DNA of 64,000 nt from an uncultured Clostridia bacterium (GCA_944381115.1 CALWJV010000008.1:3612-67611), one strand, 5' to 3'; counted from the stretch's first letter, positions 7,794 to 17,747 are shown. The notes: a model not told the origin generated them from the sequence alone. Numbers and translations are program-made.

Positions 7794-8993
7794 TTATTTT
7801 CCGATAAGTTCTGCTGTGTCTCTGGCTATAACGAGTTCTTCATTTGTTGGGATTACATAAACCTGGACTTTTGCATTGCCTTTACTGATTTTTATGTTTT
7901 CCGATTGATGGAATGCTTTTTTATTCATTTCATCGTCTATCTCAATTCCGAGAAATTCAAGACCTGTGCAAACATTTTTTCTGAGTGCAGGGTTATTTTC
8001 GCCGAGCCCTGCTGTAAATACGACAGCATCAAGTCCGCCCATAGCGGCGGCATATGCGCCGATATATTTTTTTATTTCATAACTCATGATTTTATCTGCA
8101 AGAATCGCCTTTTCGTTACCGCCAGCAATAGCGGCTTCTATCTCCCGGCTGTCGGAAGAAACCTCGGAAACACCGAGAAGACCGCATTTTTTATTCAGAT
8201 AATTACTCATTTCAGAGGCGGTCATATTTTCTTTTTCCATAAGGAAACAAACGATAGCGGGGTCAATAGAGCCGCATCTTGTGCCCATTTCAAGGCCGTC
8301 AAGAGGAGTAAATCCCATTGAAGTATCAACGCTTTTTCCATCCTTTACTGCGGAAATAGAGGATCCGTTTCCGAGATGGCAAGTAACGATCTTTGTATCT
8401 TCCGTCCTGCCGAGTATCTTTAGCATTTCTGCCGATACATATCGGTGAGAAGTTCCGTGGAATCCGTAACGGCGGATCCCATATTTTTTATAATGAGTAT
8501 ACTGGATCGGATACATATATGCATAATCGGGCATAGTTTGATGGAATGCGGTATCGAATACAAGGACCTGAGGAGTGTTTTTCATTACCTCTGTGCAACC
8601 TGCGATACCCATGAGTGCAGGACCGGTGTGAAGCGGGGCGAGGTCTTTGCATTTTTCGAGTTTTTTAATAACACCATCGTTAACGATAACGCTTTTGCTG
8701 AAATATTCACCGCCGTGTACAACTCTGTGTCCCACCGCATTTATTTCGCTCATATCGGATATGCAGCCACATTCTTTGTTTGTAAGCATGTCAACAAGAA
8801 TTTGCATGGCAACAGCATGGTTGGGCATATCTATATTTTTTTGAAACTTTCTTCCATCGGGAAGTTTGTGAGTTATATTACCATCAATACCTATTCTTTC
8901 GCAAACACCTTTTGCAAGTTCTTTTTCCGTATTTGTGTCGAGAAGTTGGTATTTTAAAGAAGAACTTCCCGCATTTACTACGAGTACATTCAT
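7794..8993 (-). CDS. ackA: Acetate kinase
   Basis: 399 aa: MNVLVVNAGSSSLKYQL, HRVVHGG, FDTAFHQTMP, GFHGTSH, EELVIA. Confidence 0.95.
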   Translation of the reverse strand: MNVLVVNAGSSSLKYQLLDTNTEKELAKGVCERIGIDGNITHKLPDGRKFQKNIDMPNHAVAMQILVDMLTNKECGCISDMSEINAVGHRVVHGGEYFSKSVIVNDGVIKKLEKCKDLAPLHTGPALMGIAGCTEVMKNTPQVLVFDTAFHQTMPDYAYMYPIQYTHYKKYGIRRYGFHGTSHRYVSAEMLKILGRTEDTKIVTCHLGNGSSISAVKDGKSVDTSMGFTPLDGLEMGTRCGSIDPAIVCFLMEKENMTASEMSNYLNKKCGLLGVSEVSSDSREIEAAIAGGNEKAILADKIMSYEIKKYIGAYAAAMGGLDAVVFTAGLGENNPALRKNVCTGLEFLGIEIDDEMNKKAFHQSENIKISKGNAKVQVYVIPTNEELVIARDTAELIGK

Positions 8994-9123
8994 TTTATTT
9001 TCCGCCTTTCATATCTTTTGACTTGACTTAATTTAAGTTATAGTATATAATAAAGTATTATAATTCATTTTTTAAAAAAAAGCAATACCTTTAAAAAAAA
9101 AATGTGAGGTAAAATTTAAAATA

Positions 9124-10230
9124 ATGCAATCAGTTGCCGTAATTTGCGAATATAACCCGTTTCATAACGGTCATATATGCTTATTTAAGGAAATAAGGCG
9201 ATCTTTTCCGGGGCATGTAATTATCTCGGTAATGAGTGGAAATACTGTCCAGCGAGGTGAATTTGCGATTCAGCATAAATACGTCCGAGCCATGAATGCA
9301 CTTTTAAACGGGACCGACCTTGTTTTTGAACTTCCGTTTCCTTTTTCGGTGTCATCTGCGGAGCAATTCGCGAATGCGGGTGTTTTTATCGCACATGCAC
9401 TCAAAGCGGAAATACTTGCATTCGGTTCTGAAAGCGGGGACCTTGAAAGATTAAAAAAAGCGACTGAAAATTTAAACTCCGACAATTTTTTATCGGAAAT
9501 GGAAAAGCAGCTTAAAAGCATTTCTAATGAACCGTTTATATCAATCAGAGAACGAACCTATGAAAAACTTTTCGGTGAAAAACTTTTTAACGGAGGCAAT
9601 GATATTCTTGCCCTTGAATATCTGAAGCATATAAAAAAATATAATGATATATCCCCGTATGCAATACACAGAACAGAGCCGTTTTCGGCAACAGCAGCAA
9701 GATCGGCAATATACGAAAATAATAAAGATGATATCCGATGTATTATACCTGAAAACACCGTCTTCGGAGAAATTCACAAAGGTCTTAAGGGACTTTCATC
9801 TTTGGTCCTGGGTTATTTAAGACTTACCCCATCATATGACAACGGGAACGGAATAAGAAATGCAATAAAATATGCGGCGGAAAAGTCAGTGGATTACGAA
9901 GGATTTATCTGTTCACTTCCAACTAAAACATATACACTTTCAAGATTGCGGAGAGAAATAATTGCGATGATTTTTGCTGTAACGGATGCAGATAAAAATG
10001 CTGTCCCGCAATATACCGTTTTACTTGGCGCAAATGAAACGGGACTAAAATATCTCTCCGAAAAGAAAAAAGAGATTTTTCTGCCGGTTTTAACAAAAAA
10101 AGCAGATGCAAAATCTCTTTCAAAGCAAGGAACAAATCAGTTAAAAAAAGCAGAACTTGTTGACAGTATATATTCAATTGGATTAAGCAGAGAAGGTGTA
10201 GGATATTTCAGAACACCGATCATACTTTAA
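9124..10230 (+). CDS. tmcAL: tRNA(Met) cytidine acetate ligase (UPF0348/YlbM nucleotidyltransferase family)
   Basis: 368 aa. The N-terminus VAVICEYNPFHNGHICLFKEIRR is the family HxGH-type motif, and length and architecture fit. Confidence 0.8.
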   Translation: MQSVAVICEYNPFHNGHICLFKEIRRSFPGHVIISVMSGNTVQRGEFAIQHKYVRAMNALLNGTDLVFELPFPFSVSSAEQFANAGVFIAHALKAEILAFGSESGDLERLKKATENLNSDNFLSEMEKQLKSISNEPFISIRERTYEKLFGEKLFNGGNDILALEYLKHIKKYNDISPYAIHRTEPFSATAARSAIYENNKDDIRCIIPENTVFGEIHKGLKGLSSLVLGYLRLTPSYDNGNGIRNAIKYAAEKSVDYEGFICSLPTKTYTLSRLRREIIAMIFAVTDADKNAVPQYTVLLGANETGLKYLSEKKKEIFLPVLTKKADAKSLSKQGTNQLKKAELVDSIYSIGLSREGVGYFRTPIIL

Positions 10231-10380
10231 TGACATTTTAAATTCTGTATATTACAAACCCATGTCTGATTACGTACCGTCTTTAAAATAGTATAAATAA
10301 ATTGCCGTATGAAAAAATTAAATGTTATTTAATTTTGTTTGATACTTTTTTCAACGCTTGTATAAATGATAATGATAAGG

Positions 10381-10989
10381 TTATTTTTTAAGGTATTCAA
10401 ATATAACTTCAGCGGCTCTTTCGATTCCGCAATGACTACTGTCTATACAAAGGTTGTAACTTTGCATGTTTCCCCACTTTACATCAGTGTGATGAAAATA
10501 ATAATTTTGACGTCGTCTGTCTGTTTTTTTTATGGAGTCCTCCGCTTTTTTAAGATCAAGGCCCTCGTGTTCCATTATGCGGTTTACTCGAAAATCGTGA
10601 GATGCATATATAAACACTTTTACAAGCTCAGGAAAAGAAGAAAGAACGTGATCCGCGCATCTTCCGATTATCACACAAGGACCATGTTCAGCAATTTTTT
10701 TAATCGCACTTGCCTGTGCAAGATAAATGGAGTCATCAAATGAAGGAACAGCTGCTCCGTGATGAGGATTATACTGCATTCCTCTTACAAGAGAGTATAA
10801 AAAACTGTTTGTCGCCGCTTTATCATATTCTCTGAAATGTTTTTCGTCAAATCCGCTCTCCTGTGCGGCAATTTTAATCAATTCATTGTCATAATAAGGG
10901 ATACTGAGTTTTTTTGCGAGTAAGTTTCCTATCTCGCGTCCTCCGCTCCCGTGCTGACGGCTGATTGTGATAATGTTATTCATTTGCAT
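10381..10989 (-). CDS. Cytidylate kinase-like family protein (AAA_33/CMP kinase-like)
   Basis: MQMNNIITISRQHGSGGREIGNLLAKKLSIPYYD. Start set at 10989, directly after AGGAGG; the longer ORF-track start lacks an RBS. Confidence 0.75.
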   Translation of the reverse strand: MQMNNIITISRQHGSGGREIGNLLAKKLSIPYYDNELIKIAAQESGFDEKHFREYDKAATNSFLYSLVRGMQYNPHHGAAVPSFDDSIYLAQASAIKKIAEHGPCVIIGRCADHVLSSFPELVKVFIYASHDFRVNRIMEHEGLDLKKAEDSIKKTDRRRQNYYFHHTDVKWGNMQSYNLCIDSSHCGIERAAEVIFEYLKK

Positions 10990-11309
10990 AGCCTCCTTTT
11001 TATTTTTTGTTTGAAAATCATACACTTTACGGTTATATATCATAAATAAAAATTAATGTTAGTTTTCCTTATGTGAATTTTAAATATTTGCGTATAAAGT
11101 TTAGGGTTACTTACATTATGTACTAATATTATATCATGAACTTTATATTTTTTCAATAACTTTCACAAAAAATTTAATTTTAATATTAATAATATAATAA
11201 TATAAGTTTTATATTTTTTCATAAAAATTTGGTTGACATATACTGAACTTAGCCAATGTGGAGTGGTGCAAAAAATATTAAATGAGATTGATCTCAGAAA
11301 GGGAAGGCA

Positions 11310-12074
11310 GTGAAAAAATTTGAAAGACAGTCATCACTTCTTGCAAATGTGAGAAAATGTGTTCAAAATTACAACATGATAGAAGAAGGAGATACAGTCG
11401 CGGTAGGTGTTTCCGGAGGAAAAGATTCAATGGCTCTTGTTTGTGCTCTTGCACTGATGAGGAGTTTTTATCCTATAAATTATAAAATTAAAGCAATAAG
11501 CGTTGACCTCGGTTTTGAAAATATGGATTTTTCACCTGTTAAAGAATTTTGCAGATCTTTAGATGTCGATCATATAACGGTAAGTACAAATATTTCAGAT
11601 GTGATTTTTAACGCTAAAAAAGAAAAGTCCCCATGTTCGCTTTGCTCAAAAATGAGACGGGGAGCGTTACATAGAGAAGCAGAGAAAATAGGTTGTACAA
11701 AGGTGGCGCTTGGTCATAATAAAGAAGATGTTTCGGTAACACTAATGCTTAATATACTTTATGCCGGGAAAATAGAAGTGTTCTGCCCGAAAAATACACC
11801 GGATGAACGAGGAATGACGCTTATACGTCCGCTTATCTATACAAGTGAAAAAGTTATAAAAGATTTTTGCTGCAGGAACAATATATCGATAATAAAAAAC
11901 GCATGTCCCATGGATAAAAACACAGAACGGGAGCATATAAAAAAAATAATAGAAGTGCTTGACAAAGAACATAGAGGAGTCATACACAGGATATTCAGGT
12001 CAGTGGAAAAAAGCGAAATTGACGGATTTATAAATCCGGATAAAAAGAATATGGATATAAAAGACGAGGTATGA
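11310..12074 (+). CDS. PP-loop ATP pyrophosphatase, TtcA-like tRNA 2-thiocytidine family
   Basis: SGGKDS PP-loop (VGVSGGKDSMAL), CSLCSKMRRG cysteine motif, GTG start. Confidence 0.75.
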   Translation: MKKFERQSSLLANVRKCVQNYNMIEEGDTVAVGVSGGKDSMALVCALALMRSFYPINYKIKAISVDLGFENMDFSPVKEFCRSLDVDHITVSTNISDVIFNAKKEKSPCSLCSKMRRGALHREAEKIGCTKVALGHNKEDVSVTLMLNILYAGKIEVFCPKNTPDERGMTLIRPLIYTSEKVIKDFCCRNNISIIKNACPMDKNTEREHIKKIIEVLDKEHRGVIHRIFRSVEKSEIDGFINPDKKNMDIKDEV

Positions 12075-12126
12075 AAACCAGGTTAAATACAACGGTAAAA
12101 AAGTTAAATGACAGAAAGGTATAAAA

Positions 12127-13860
12127 ATGAGTTTTGACGCATTTATGCTGAGGGCGGTGGCAAACGAACTTAACGAAAAAACAGTCGGATATAAAGTTGA
12201 AAAGGTTATGCAGCCGTCTAAAGATGAACTTTCACTGCTTCTTCATAAAGACGGGAAGCATATAAGACTACAGATAAACGCAGGTGCGGCAGCGGCCAGG
12301 ATAGGCATTACGGAAGAGTCTCCGGAAAATCCAAAGGTACCGCCGAATTTCTGTATGTTGGCAAGAAAGTACCTGACCGGTGCAAAGATAGAAAGAGTTT
12401 GCCAGATCGGTTTTGAAAGAGTTGCAGAGATACTTTTTGAAACGTACGATGAAATGGGTTTTATAACTAACCGCAGACTGATTTGCGAAATAATGGGAAG
12501 GTATTCAAATGCCGTACTATGCGATAAGGAACATAAAATATTGAATGCACTTCGGCCGGTGGATTTTACAACCAGCAGAAAAAGACAACTACTTCCGCAG
12601 ATGTTATATGAAATGCCTCCGTCACAGAATAAAAAAAATCCGCTTACGGAAACCAGGGAAGGGTTTATATCTTCAATAGAAGAAGTAAGCGAAAAAGAAC
12701 TTATGAGAGTATATAGCGGTATGTCACCGCTTACTGCCCGGGAAATTTGCTTCAGAGCAGGGGAAACTGCAGATAAAGATTCATTTTGGGACGCATTTTC
12801 TGAAATTGTAAATGCCACTCTTGAAAACAGGTATATACCTACACTTGTTATAAATGAAAAAGGTGAGCCATACGAATTTTCGCCATTTGAAATAAAGCAG
12901 TATAGCGGTTTATATACAACAAAAAAATTTTCTGATATGGGCGGTCTTACAGATGCATATTTTGCAGAAAAAGAGCGTAAAAACAGAGAACGGAAAAGGG
13001 CACATGACACAGAAAGATTTCTTAAAAACATAGAAGGAAGGCTTATAAAAAAACTCGAACTCCAAACAAAAGAACTTGCCGATACGGAGAGAAAAAGCGA
13101 ATATAAACTTAAAGCGGATGCAATAACAGCGAATATTTACAGGTTAAAAAACAGACAGGAAAGTGCCGTTCTTACCGCTTATACAGAGGACGGAAGCGGC
13201 GGATATACAGAAACAGAGGTAAAGATAGATTTTGAAAGAGGATTAACTCCCGCGCAGTACGCACAAAAACTTTACAAAAAATATAATAAAGCAAAAAACG
13301 CAGAAAAAGAGATAACGTTACAAATAAAAAAAGGAAGAGAAGAACTCGAATATATTCGTTCTGTACAATATTCTCTTTCGGGAATAAACGGTCAGGAAGA
13401 CCTTGCGGAAATACAGAGCGAACTTTTTGCGGCAGGATACGGCAGACATGAAAAATTTGACGGTAAAAGAAAGGATAAAAAAGGATATCGTCAGAAGGCT
13501 TTACAGATCAAAGATCCAATGAGATTCACAACTGATGGAGGATATACTGTATTTGTAGGTAAAAATAACCTGCAAAACGATTATTTGACTTTTAAAATTG
13601 CCAACAAAAGCGATTATTGGTTTCACGTAAAAAACATACCGGGATCGCATACCGTTCTTATCACCGAAGGAAAAGAACCAAGCGAGCGTGATATAACCGA
13701 AGCCGCAGTGATCGCAGCGAAAAACAGTAAAGCAAGTGACGAACAAAAAGTTGATGTGGACTATACGCGAATAAAAAATGTAAGGAAGCCCAATGGTGCA
13801 AAGCCAGGATTTGTAATATATGAAAATTACAATACCGCGCATATCGTTTTAAAAAATTAA
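12127..13860 (+). CDS. rqcH: Ribosome quality control protein RqcH (NFACT / fibronectin-binding protein A family)
   Basis: 577 aa: N-terminal NFACT-N (MSFDAFMLRAVANEL...), coiled-coil middle, C-terminal NFACT-R (DYWFHVKNIPGSHTVL). Confidence 0.85.
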   Translation: MSFDAFMLRAVANELNEKTVGYKVEKVMQPSKDELSLLLHKDGKHIRLQINAGAAAARIGITEESPENPKVPPNFCMLARKYLTGAKIERVCQIGFERVAEILFETYDEMGFITNRRLICEIMGRYSNAVLCDKEHKILNALRPVDFTTSRKRQLLPQMLYEMPPSQNKKNPLTETREGFISSIEEVSEKELMRVYSGMSPLTAREICFRAGETADKDSFWDAFSEIVNATLENRYIPTLVINEKGEPYEFSPFEIKQYSGLYTTKKFSDMGGLTDAYFAEKERKNRERKRAHDTERFLKNIEGRLIKKLELQTKELADTERKSEYKLKADAITANIYRLKNRQESAVLTAYTEDGSGGYTETEVKIDFERGLTPAQYAQKLYKKYNKAKNAEKEITLQIKKGREELEYIRSVQYSLSGINGQEDLAEIQSELFAAGYGRHEKFDGKRKDKKGYRQKALQIKDPMRFTTDGGYTVFVGKNNLQNDYLTFKIANKSDYWFHVKNIPGSHTVLITEGKEPSERDITEAAVIAAKNSKASDEQKVDVDYTRIKNVRKPNGAKPGFVIYENYNTAHIVLKN

Positions 13861-14022
13861 ATCATAAATTCGGTAGTAATTAAGATTTATTAAATGTAAA
13901 AATTCCCATAATGCTTGAATCTATTTAAAATACGTATCATTAACTTCATAATGGGATCAAATTTTGAAAAAAGGAATTACATTAATTCTGAAAAGGTCGG
14001 ATTGACGTAACGGAGATAACAT

Positions 14023-14868
14023 ATGAAAAGTATAACTAAAAAAGCATATGGAAAGATCAATTTAATACTTAAAGTCGGGAAAAAAATGGAGAATGGTAAG
14101 CATGATGTCTTGACCGTTATGACAAAAGTAGGGATTTACGATACAGTTAAGGTTACCGAGGTCAAGGAAAACGGTATTAATATTGAGTGTGATGAGCAAA
14201 CACTTGCAAACAAAGACAATCTTGCATTTAAAGCAGCAGAAAGATATTTTGATGCAGCAGGTTTTTATCGTAATATAAAAATTTCTATAAAAAAACGCAT
14301 ACCGGTTGCTGCCGGAATGGGAGGCGGAAGTTCGGATGCAGGTGCGGTCCTTAATGCACTTGAAGAAATATACGGGTTGCTTGGATTTACAAAAATATAT
14401 GAAATAGCGTCTGGGCTCGGATCTGATGTTCCGTTTTTTATATTTGACGACAAAACCATGCTCGGAAGAGGCACTGGTACCGAGTTAACACCTTTTCCGA
14501 CTTTCACAGACGATTTTTACGGAGTGTTTATTTTAAGTGATGCCCCAAAAAAGTCAACTGCAGAAATGTACCGACTTCTTGATATAAAAAGGTCGGGTAT
14601 TCCGGACGATACGTACGGTGCAGAAGAACAACTGAAAAAAGCAATAAAAAAAGGTGATATAAAAATTGCAGTACAATGTTTTTTTAATGATTTTGAACTT
14701 TGTAATAAACACATAACGGATTTGAGGAAGATATTTTCGGAGTACGGAGCCGAAAAAACAATACTTTGCGGCAGCGGTCCTACTGTTTGCGGTATATATA
14801 CAGATAAAGAAAAAGCAGAAAAGGCATTAAAAGAGTTGTCGTATAAATCGTTTATTTGTAAACTCTGA
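14023..14868 (+). CDS. ispE: 4-diphosphocytidyl-2-C-methyl-D-erythritol kinase
   Basis: GHMP kinase motif PVAAGMGGGSSDAGAVL and N-terminal AYGKINL. Confidence 0.9.
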   Translation: MKSITKKAYGKINLILKVGKKMENGKHDVLTVMTKVGIYDTVKVTEVKENGINIECDEQTLANKDNLAFKAAERYFDAAGFYRNIKISIKKRIPVAAGMGGGSSDAGAVLNALEEIYGLLGFTKIYEIASGLGSDVPFFIFDDKTMLGRGTGTELTPFPTFTDDFYGVFILSDAPKKSTAEMYRLLDIKRSGIPDDTYGAEEQLKKAIKKGDIKIAVQCFFNDFELCNKHITDLRKIFSEYGAEKTILCGSGPTVCGIYTDKEKAEKALKELSYKSFICKL

Positions 14869-14956
14869 TCTGAATTATATTAATACGTTTTCGGGTTGTA
14901 TGTGACAAAAACTTTATTTGCATATTTTAATTTGATTTGTAATCTATAATTGTAAA

Positions 14957-15523
14957 TTATGATTGATTGTGGCAGAAAATTTTTCCGAAAAGCCATAGGC
15001 ACATAATAAAAAGAGAGTAATTATATCCGGAAAATAAGAAAATATAAGCAGCAGGTATCCAAATCAAAATCAGTGTTATAAATGATACCGTTTTACATAT
15101 TTTTTCTGTTGTATCCGGCAGAAAAAACAGTGAGAAAATTGCGTTGAGTGCCGTTCCTCCGTCAAGACAAATAACGGGTAGCAGGTTTAAAATGCAAAGA
15201 GAAATAGATGCCTGAGCGAGTAAAAAATAAAATCCGTTAGAATGGCAGAAGATCAGGTAGGTAAAAAGGTTGATCGCGCATCCGGCAAGACTTACCGCAA
15301 TTTCTTCAGGAAAACTTCGGTATTCTCTTTTTTTATTTATTTCAAGTCCGTAAGGAGTTACAGTTATATCTGCAAGCCCGATACCCTGTGCAAGCATCAC
15401 TAATATATGTCCTATCTCATGGATCACGGCTGCTGAAATTGTTGCGATGCTTTCTCCGCCGGGATCAAAAAATGCAGTGGTAAAAATAACAAGACTGATT
15501 AACGGAAATTTAATTTTAGGCAT
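14957..15523 (-). CDS. M50 site-2 metalloprotease (SpoIVFB-like, no CBS domain)
   Basis: HEIGH zinc motif and LNLLPVICLDGG (NxxPxxxLDG) in a polytopic membrane protein. Start set at MPKIKF (15523), after AAGGTG. Confidence 0.75.
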   Translation of the reverse strand: MPKIKFPLISLVIFTTAFFDPGGESIATISAAVIHEIGHILVMLAQGIGLADITVTPYGLEINKKREYRSFPEEIAVSLAGCAINLFTYLIFCHSNGFYFLLAQASISLCILNLLPVICLDGGTALNAIFSLFFLPDTTEKICKTVSFITLILIWIPAAYIFLFSGYNYSLFIMCLWLFGKIFCHNQS

Positions 15524-15645
15524 AATATACACCTTATAAAATATATTAAACAATATAATTATAGTGGTATCTTGTAAAAAAAATGACTTAAAGTGGCAAA
15601 ATTATGTGCATAAAGTGAAAATATAAATTTTTATGTCTTAATTTA

Positions 15646-15674
15646 TTGACAAAAAATGCAAAAAGATATATAAT
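15646..15674 (+). promoter_or_regulatory. Consensus sigma-A-type promoter for lysC
   Basis: TTGACA (15646-15651), a 17-nt spacer, then TATAAT (15669-15674), about 55 nt before the lysC ATG. Confidence 0.65.
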
Positions 15675-15729
15675 ATTAAAGATATTAATTTTATTAAAGG
15701 CCGCATTCGGCGGCGGAACGGAGATTAAA

Positions 15730-17046
15730 ATGGTAAAAGTCGTAAAATTCGGCGGAAGTTCTCTTGCCGACGCGGATCAGTTTAGGAAAGTAATAAAAAT
15801 AATAAAAGCGGAAAATGACCGTAAATATGTAATACCATCTGCTCCAGGAAAACGTTTTTCTGATGATGTAAAGGTAACCGATCTATTGTATCGCTGCTAT
15901 GAAGTTGCATCAAAGGGTGAAGATATAACGGAGGTTTTTTCACAAATAAAAGACCGTTTCAATACAATAATTAAAGAGCTCGGTATAGAACTGTCCCTTG
16001 AAGAAGAATTCAATAAAATACACAGTGCAATGGTTCATAAAGCAGGAAGAGACTATGCTGCAAGCCGCGGAGAATATTTAAATGGCATAATTCTTGCAAA
16101 AGCATTGGGATATAAATTTATAAATGCATCAAATGTTATATTTTTCAACGAAGACGGAACTCTTGATTTTGAAAAAACAAACAATGTACTTTCCGAAGTA
16201 CTTAAAGAGCATGAGTACGCAGTCATACCTGGTTTTTACGGGGTAATGCCAAACGATACAATAAAGACATTCAGCCGCGGAGGGTCAGATATTACAGGCT
16301 CTATAATTGCGAGAGCGGTCGAGGCAGACCTATATGAAAATTGGACAGACGTAAATGGTTTTCTTATGGCAGATCCGAGAGTTGTTGAAAATCCTTACAC
16401 GATTTCAAAAGTAACTTATAAAGAACTCCGTGAACTTTCATATATGGGAGCAACCGTTCTTCACGAAGAAGCAATATTCCCGGTTCGCACGGCAGGTATT
16501 CCGATAAACATCAGAAATACCAATCATCCGGAGCAAGCAGGTACGATGATAGTCGCAAGCAGTGACAGTTACGATCATGAGAGGGTTATTACCGGAATAG
16601 CAGGTAAGCATGGATTCAGCGTTATAACTATTGAAAAAGATATGATGAATTCGGAGTATGGTTTCGGAAGAAGAGTTCTTGAAGTTCTTGAAAAAAAGAA
16701 TATTTCTTTTGAGCATCTTCCGTCCGGTATAGATACGATGAGTGTTGTACTTGCTACTGAAGCAATAGAAGGAAGAAGAGAAGACATTATTGAAAAACTT
16801 AATGATTCAGTAAAGCCGGACTCAATTTCAATAGAAGATAATATAGCACTTATTGCTGTCGTCGGAAGAGGAATGAAAAACGCAAAAGGAACAGCAGCAA
16901 GAGTATTTAAATCAATTGCGGAAGCAGATGTAAACGTCAGAATGATAGATCAGGGTTCATGTGAGTACAATATAATTATCGGGGTAAGCGAACCTGACTT
17001 CAAAAAAACGATGAACGCGATATATAAAGAATTTGTAGTCGAATAA
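15730..17046 (+). CDS. lysC: Aspartate kinase
   Basis: MVKVVKFGGSSLAD, SRGGSD and C-terminal ACT repeats. Start set at 15730, because the upstream ORF extension overlaps the promoter. Confidence 0.9.
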   Translation: MVKVVKFGGSSLADADQFRKVIKIIKAENDRKYVIPSAPGKRFSDDVKVTDLLYRCYEVASKGEDITEVFSQIKDRFNTIIKELGIELSLEEEFNKIHSAMVHKAGRDYAASRGEYLNGIILAKALGYKFINASNVIFFNEDGTLDFEKTNNVLSEVLKEHEYAVIPGFYGVMPNDTIKTFSRGGSDITGSIIARAVEADLYENWTDVNGFLMADPRVVENPYTISKVTYKELRELSYMGATVLHEEAIFPVRTAGIPINIRNTNHPEQAGTMIVASSDSYDHERVITGIAGKHGFSVITIEKDMMNSEYGFGRRVLEVLEKKNISFEHLPSGIDTMSVVLATEAIEGRREDIIEKLNDSVKPDSISIEDNIALIAVVGRGMKNAKGTAARVFKSIAEADVNVRMIDQGSCEYNIIIGVSEPDFKKTMNAIYKEFVVE

Positions 17047-17127
17047 AGTAACGTTTAGTTCATAAAATTTCTACATTAAGTTAAACATAAAATAAATTGA
17101 CTATGTTATAATGATATAGTCAATTAT

Positions 17128-17203
17128 AGGGGCATAGCTCAGTTGGTAGAGCAGCGGTCTCCAAAACCGCGTGTCCTGGGTTCGAATCCTAGTACCCCTG
17201 CCA
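17128..17203 (+). tRNA. tRNA-Trp (anticodon CCA), CCA encoded
   Basis: Hand-folded cloverleaf: acceptor AGGGGCA/TACCCCT, D arm GCTC..GAGC, anticodon arm GCGGT-CTCCAAA-ACCGC, T arm CTGGG-TTCGAAT-CCTAG. There is one C6:A67 mismatch. Confidence 0.9.
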
Positions 17204-17248
17204 TAACTCTCGGTCGATTTAGATCCGACCGGGAAAACAAGAGAAAAG

Positions 17249-17279
17249 CGGAGATTTCGAGAGATTTCTCCGTTTTTTT
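17249..17279 (+). terminator. Terminator after tRNA-Trp
   Basis: CGGAGA pairs with TCTCCG, followed by T7. A second hairpin (CGGTCG/CGACCG) lies at 17211-17231. Confidence 0.55.
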
Positions 17280-17319
17280 CGCGCCTAACTTTTTTCGGAT
17301 TTCCATAGATCCATTTTCG

Positions 17320-17590
17320 ATTTTTCTTCGAGTCGAAGGATTCGAACTACCGAAAACGCACTTTTTCAAGAAATTTAAAATGAACGCAAGCGACCGGAAG
17401 GACTTGAACCCACGACAGGGTTTCAAATTCTTTCGGTTTTTTGCGTTAGTCACAAAATGTTTACAAATGGTTGATTACAAAACAAATCCATCCCTTCTCC
17501 GAGAGGATCCGAACCCACGAAACGTTAAAATATTAGTTTTCCGAAATCGATCCAACGGACACTTCAAAGGATTCGAACCAGCGAATCACA
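17320..17590. repeat. Four dispersed copies of a tRNA-3'-end-like motif (GGAYYYGAAC[C/T]NNCGAA); a fifth copy lies at 20626-20659
   Basis: Motif starts at 17336 (AAGGATTCGAACTACCGAAAACG), 17398 (AAGGACTTGAACCCACGACAGG), 17503 (GAGGATCCGAACCCACGAAACG) and 17567 (AAGGATTCGAACCAGCGAATC). Copy 1 with its flank (17320-17354) aligns over about 34 nt with 20626-20659. Confidence 0.6.
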
Positions 17591-17747
17591 AATAATGACC
17601 TGCTGAAGACAAAGAAAAAGCCACGGCGATAATCCGTGGCAAATTCTGTTCATTTTTATCTCCCCGACAAATTCTTATTTATCGATGAGTTCATTATATC
17701 ACAAATATCCCTCCAATTCAACATCATGATGTAAACAATCGTAAGAA

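Noticed and set aside
12243-13031. 262-aa ORF antisense to rqcH. Similar long antisense ORFs lie at 8445-8957 (ackA), 29182-29664 (ZIP), 39068-39571 (spoIVB), 51758-52420 (GH29), 56482-56913 (murE) and 57290-57745 (murF).
   Set aside because: Their Ser/Leu/Phe-rich, low-complexity translations are typical of the complementary frame of Lys/Glu-rich genes. They have no RBS or recognisable motif, and each is fully nested in a well-supported gene.
15646-15729. N-terminal extension of lysC in the ORF track. A similar extension applies to murE at 55430-55498. I also asked whether lysC has a lysine riboswitch.
   Set aside because: The lysC extension begins inside a consensus -35 box, and the conserved MVKVVKFGGSS start has its own RBS. 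The leader is only about 55 nt, far too short for an L-box. The murE extension is Lys-rich junk preceding the conserved MYKLTD start.
17139-17595. 150-aa (+) and 104-aa (-) ORFs overlapping tRNA-Trp and the repeat region.
   Set aside because: They start inside or run through the tRNA gene and terminator. Their translations have no domain features, and the open frames are explained by the repeat content.
17320-17640. Whether the repeated motifs form a CRISPR array or a tandem array of real minus-strand tRNA genes.
   Set aside because: Spacing is irregular (62, 105 and 64 nt), and the repeats are only about 20-35 nt and imperfect, so it is not CRISPR-like. No copy has complementary T-stem halves, an anticodon arm or a CCA, so none can be called a tRNA.
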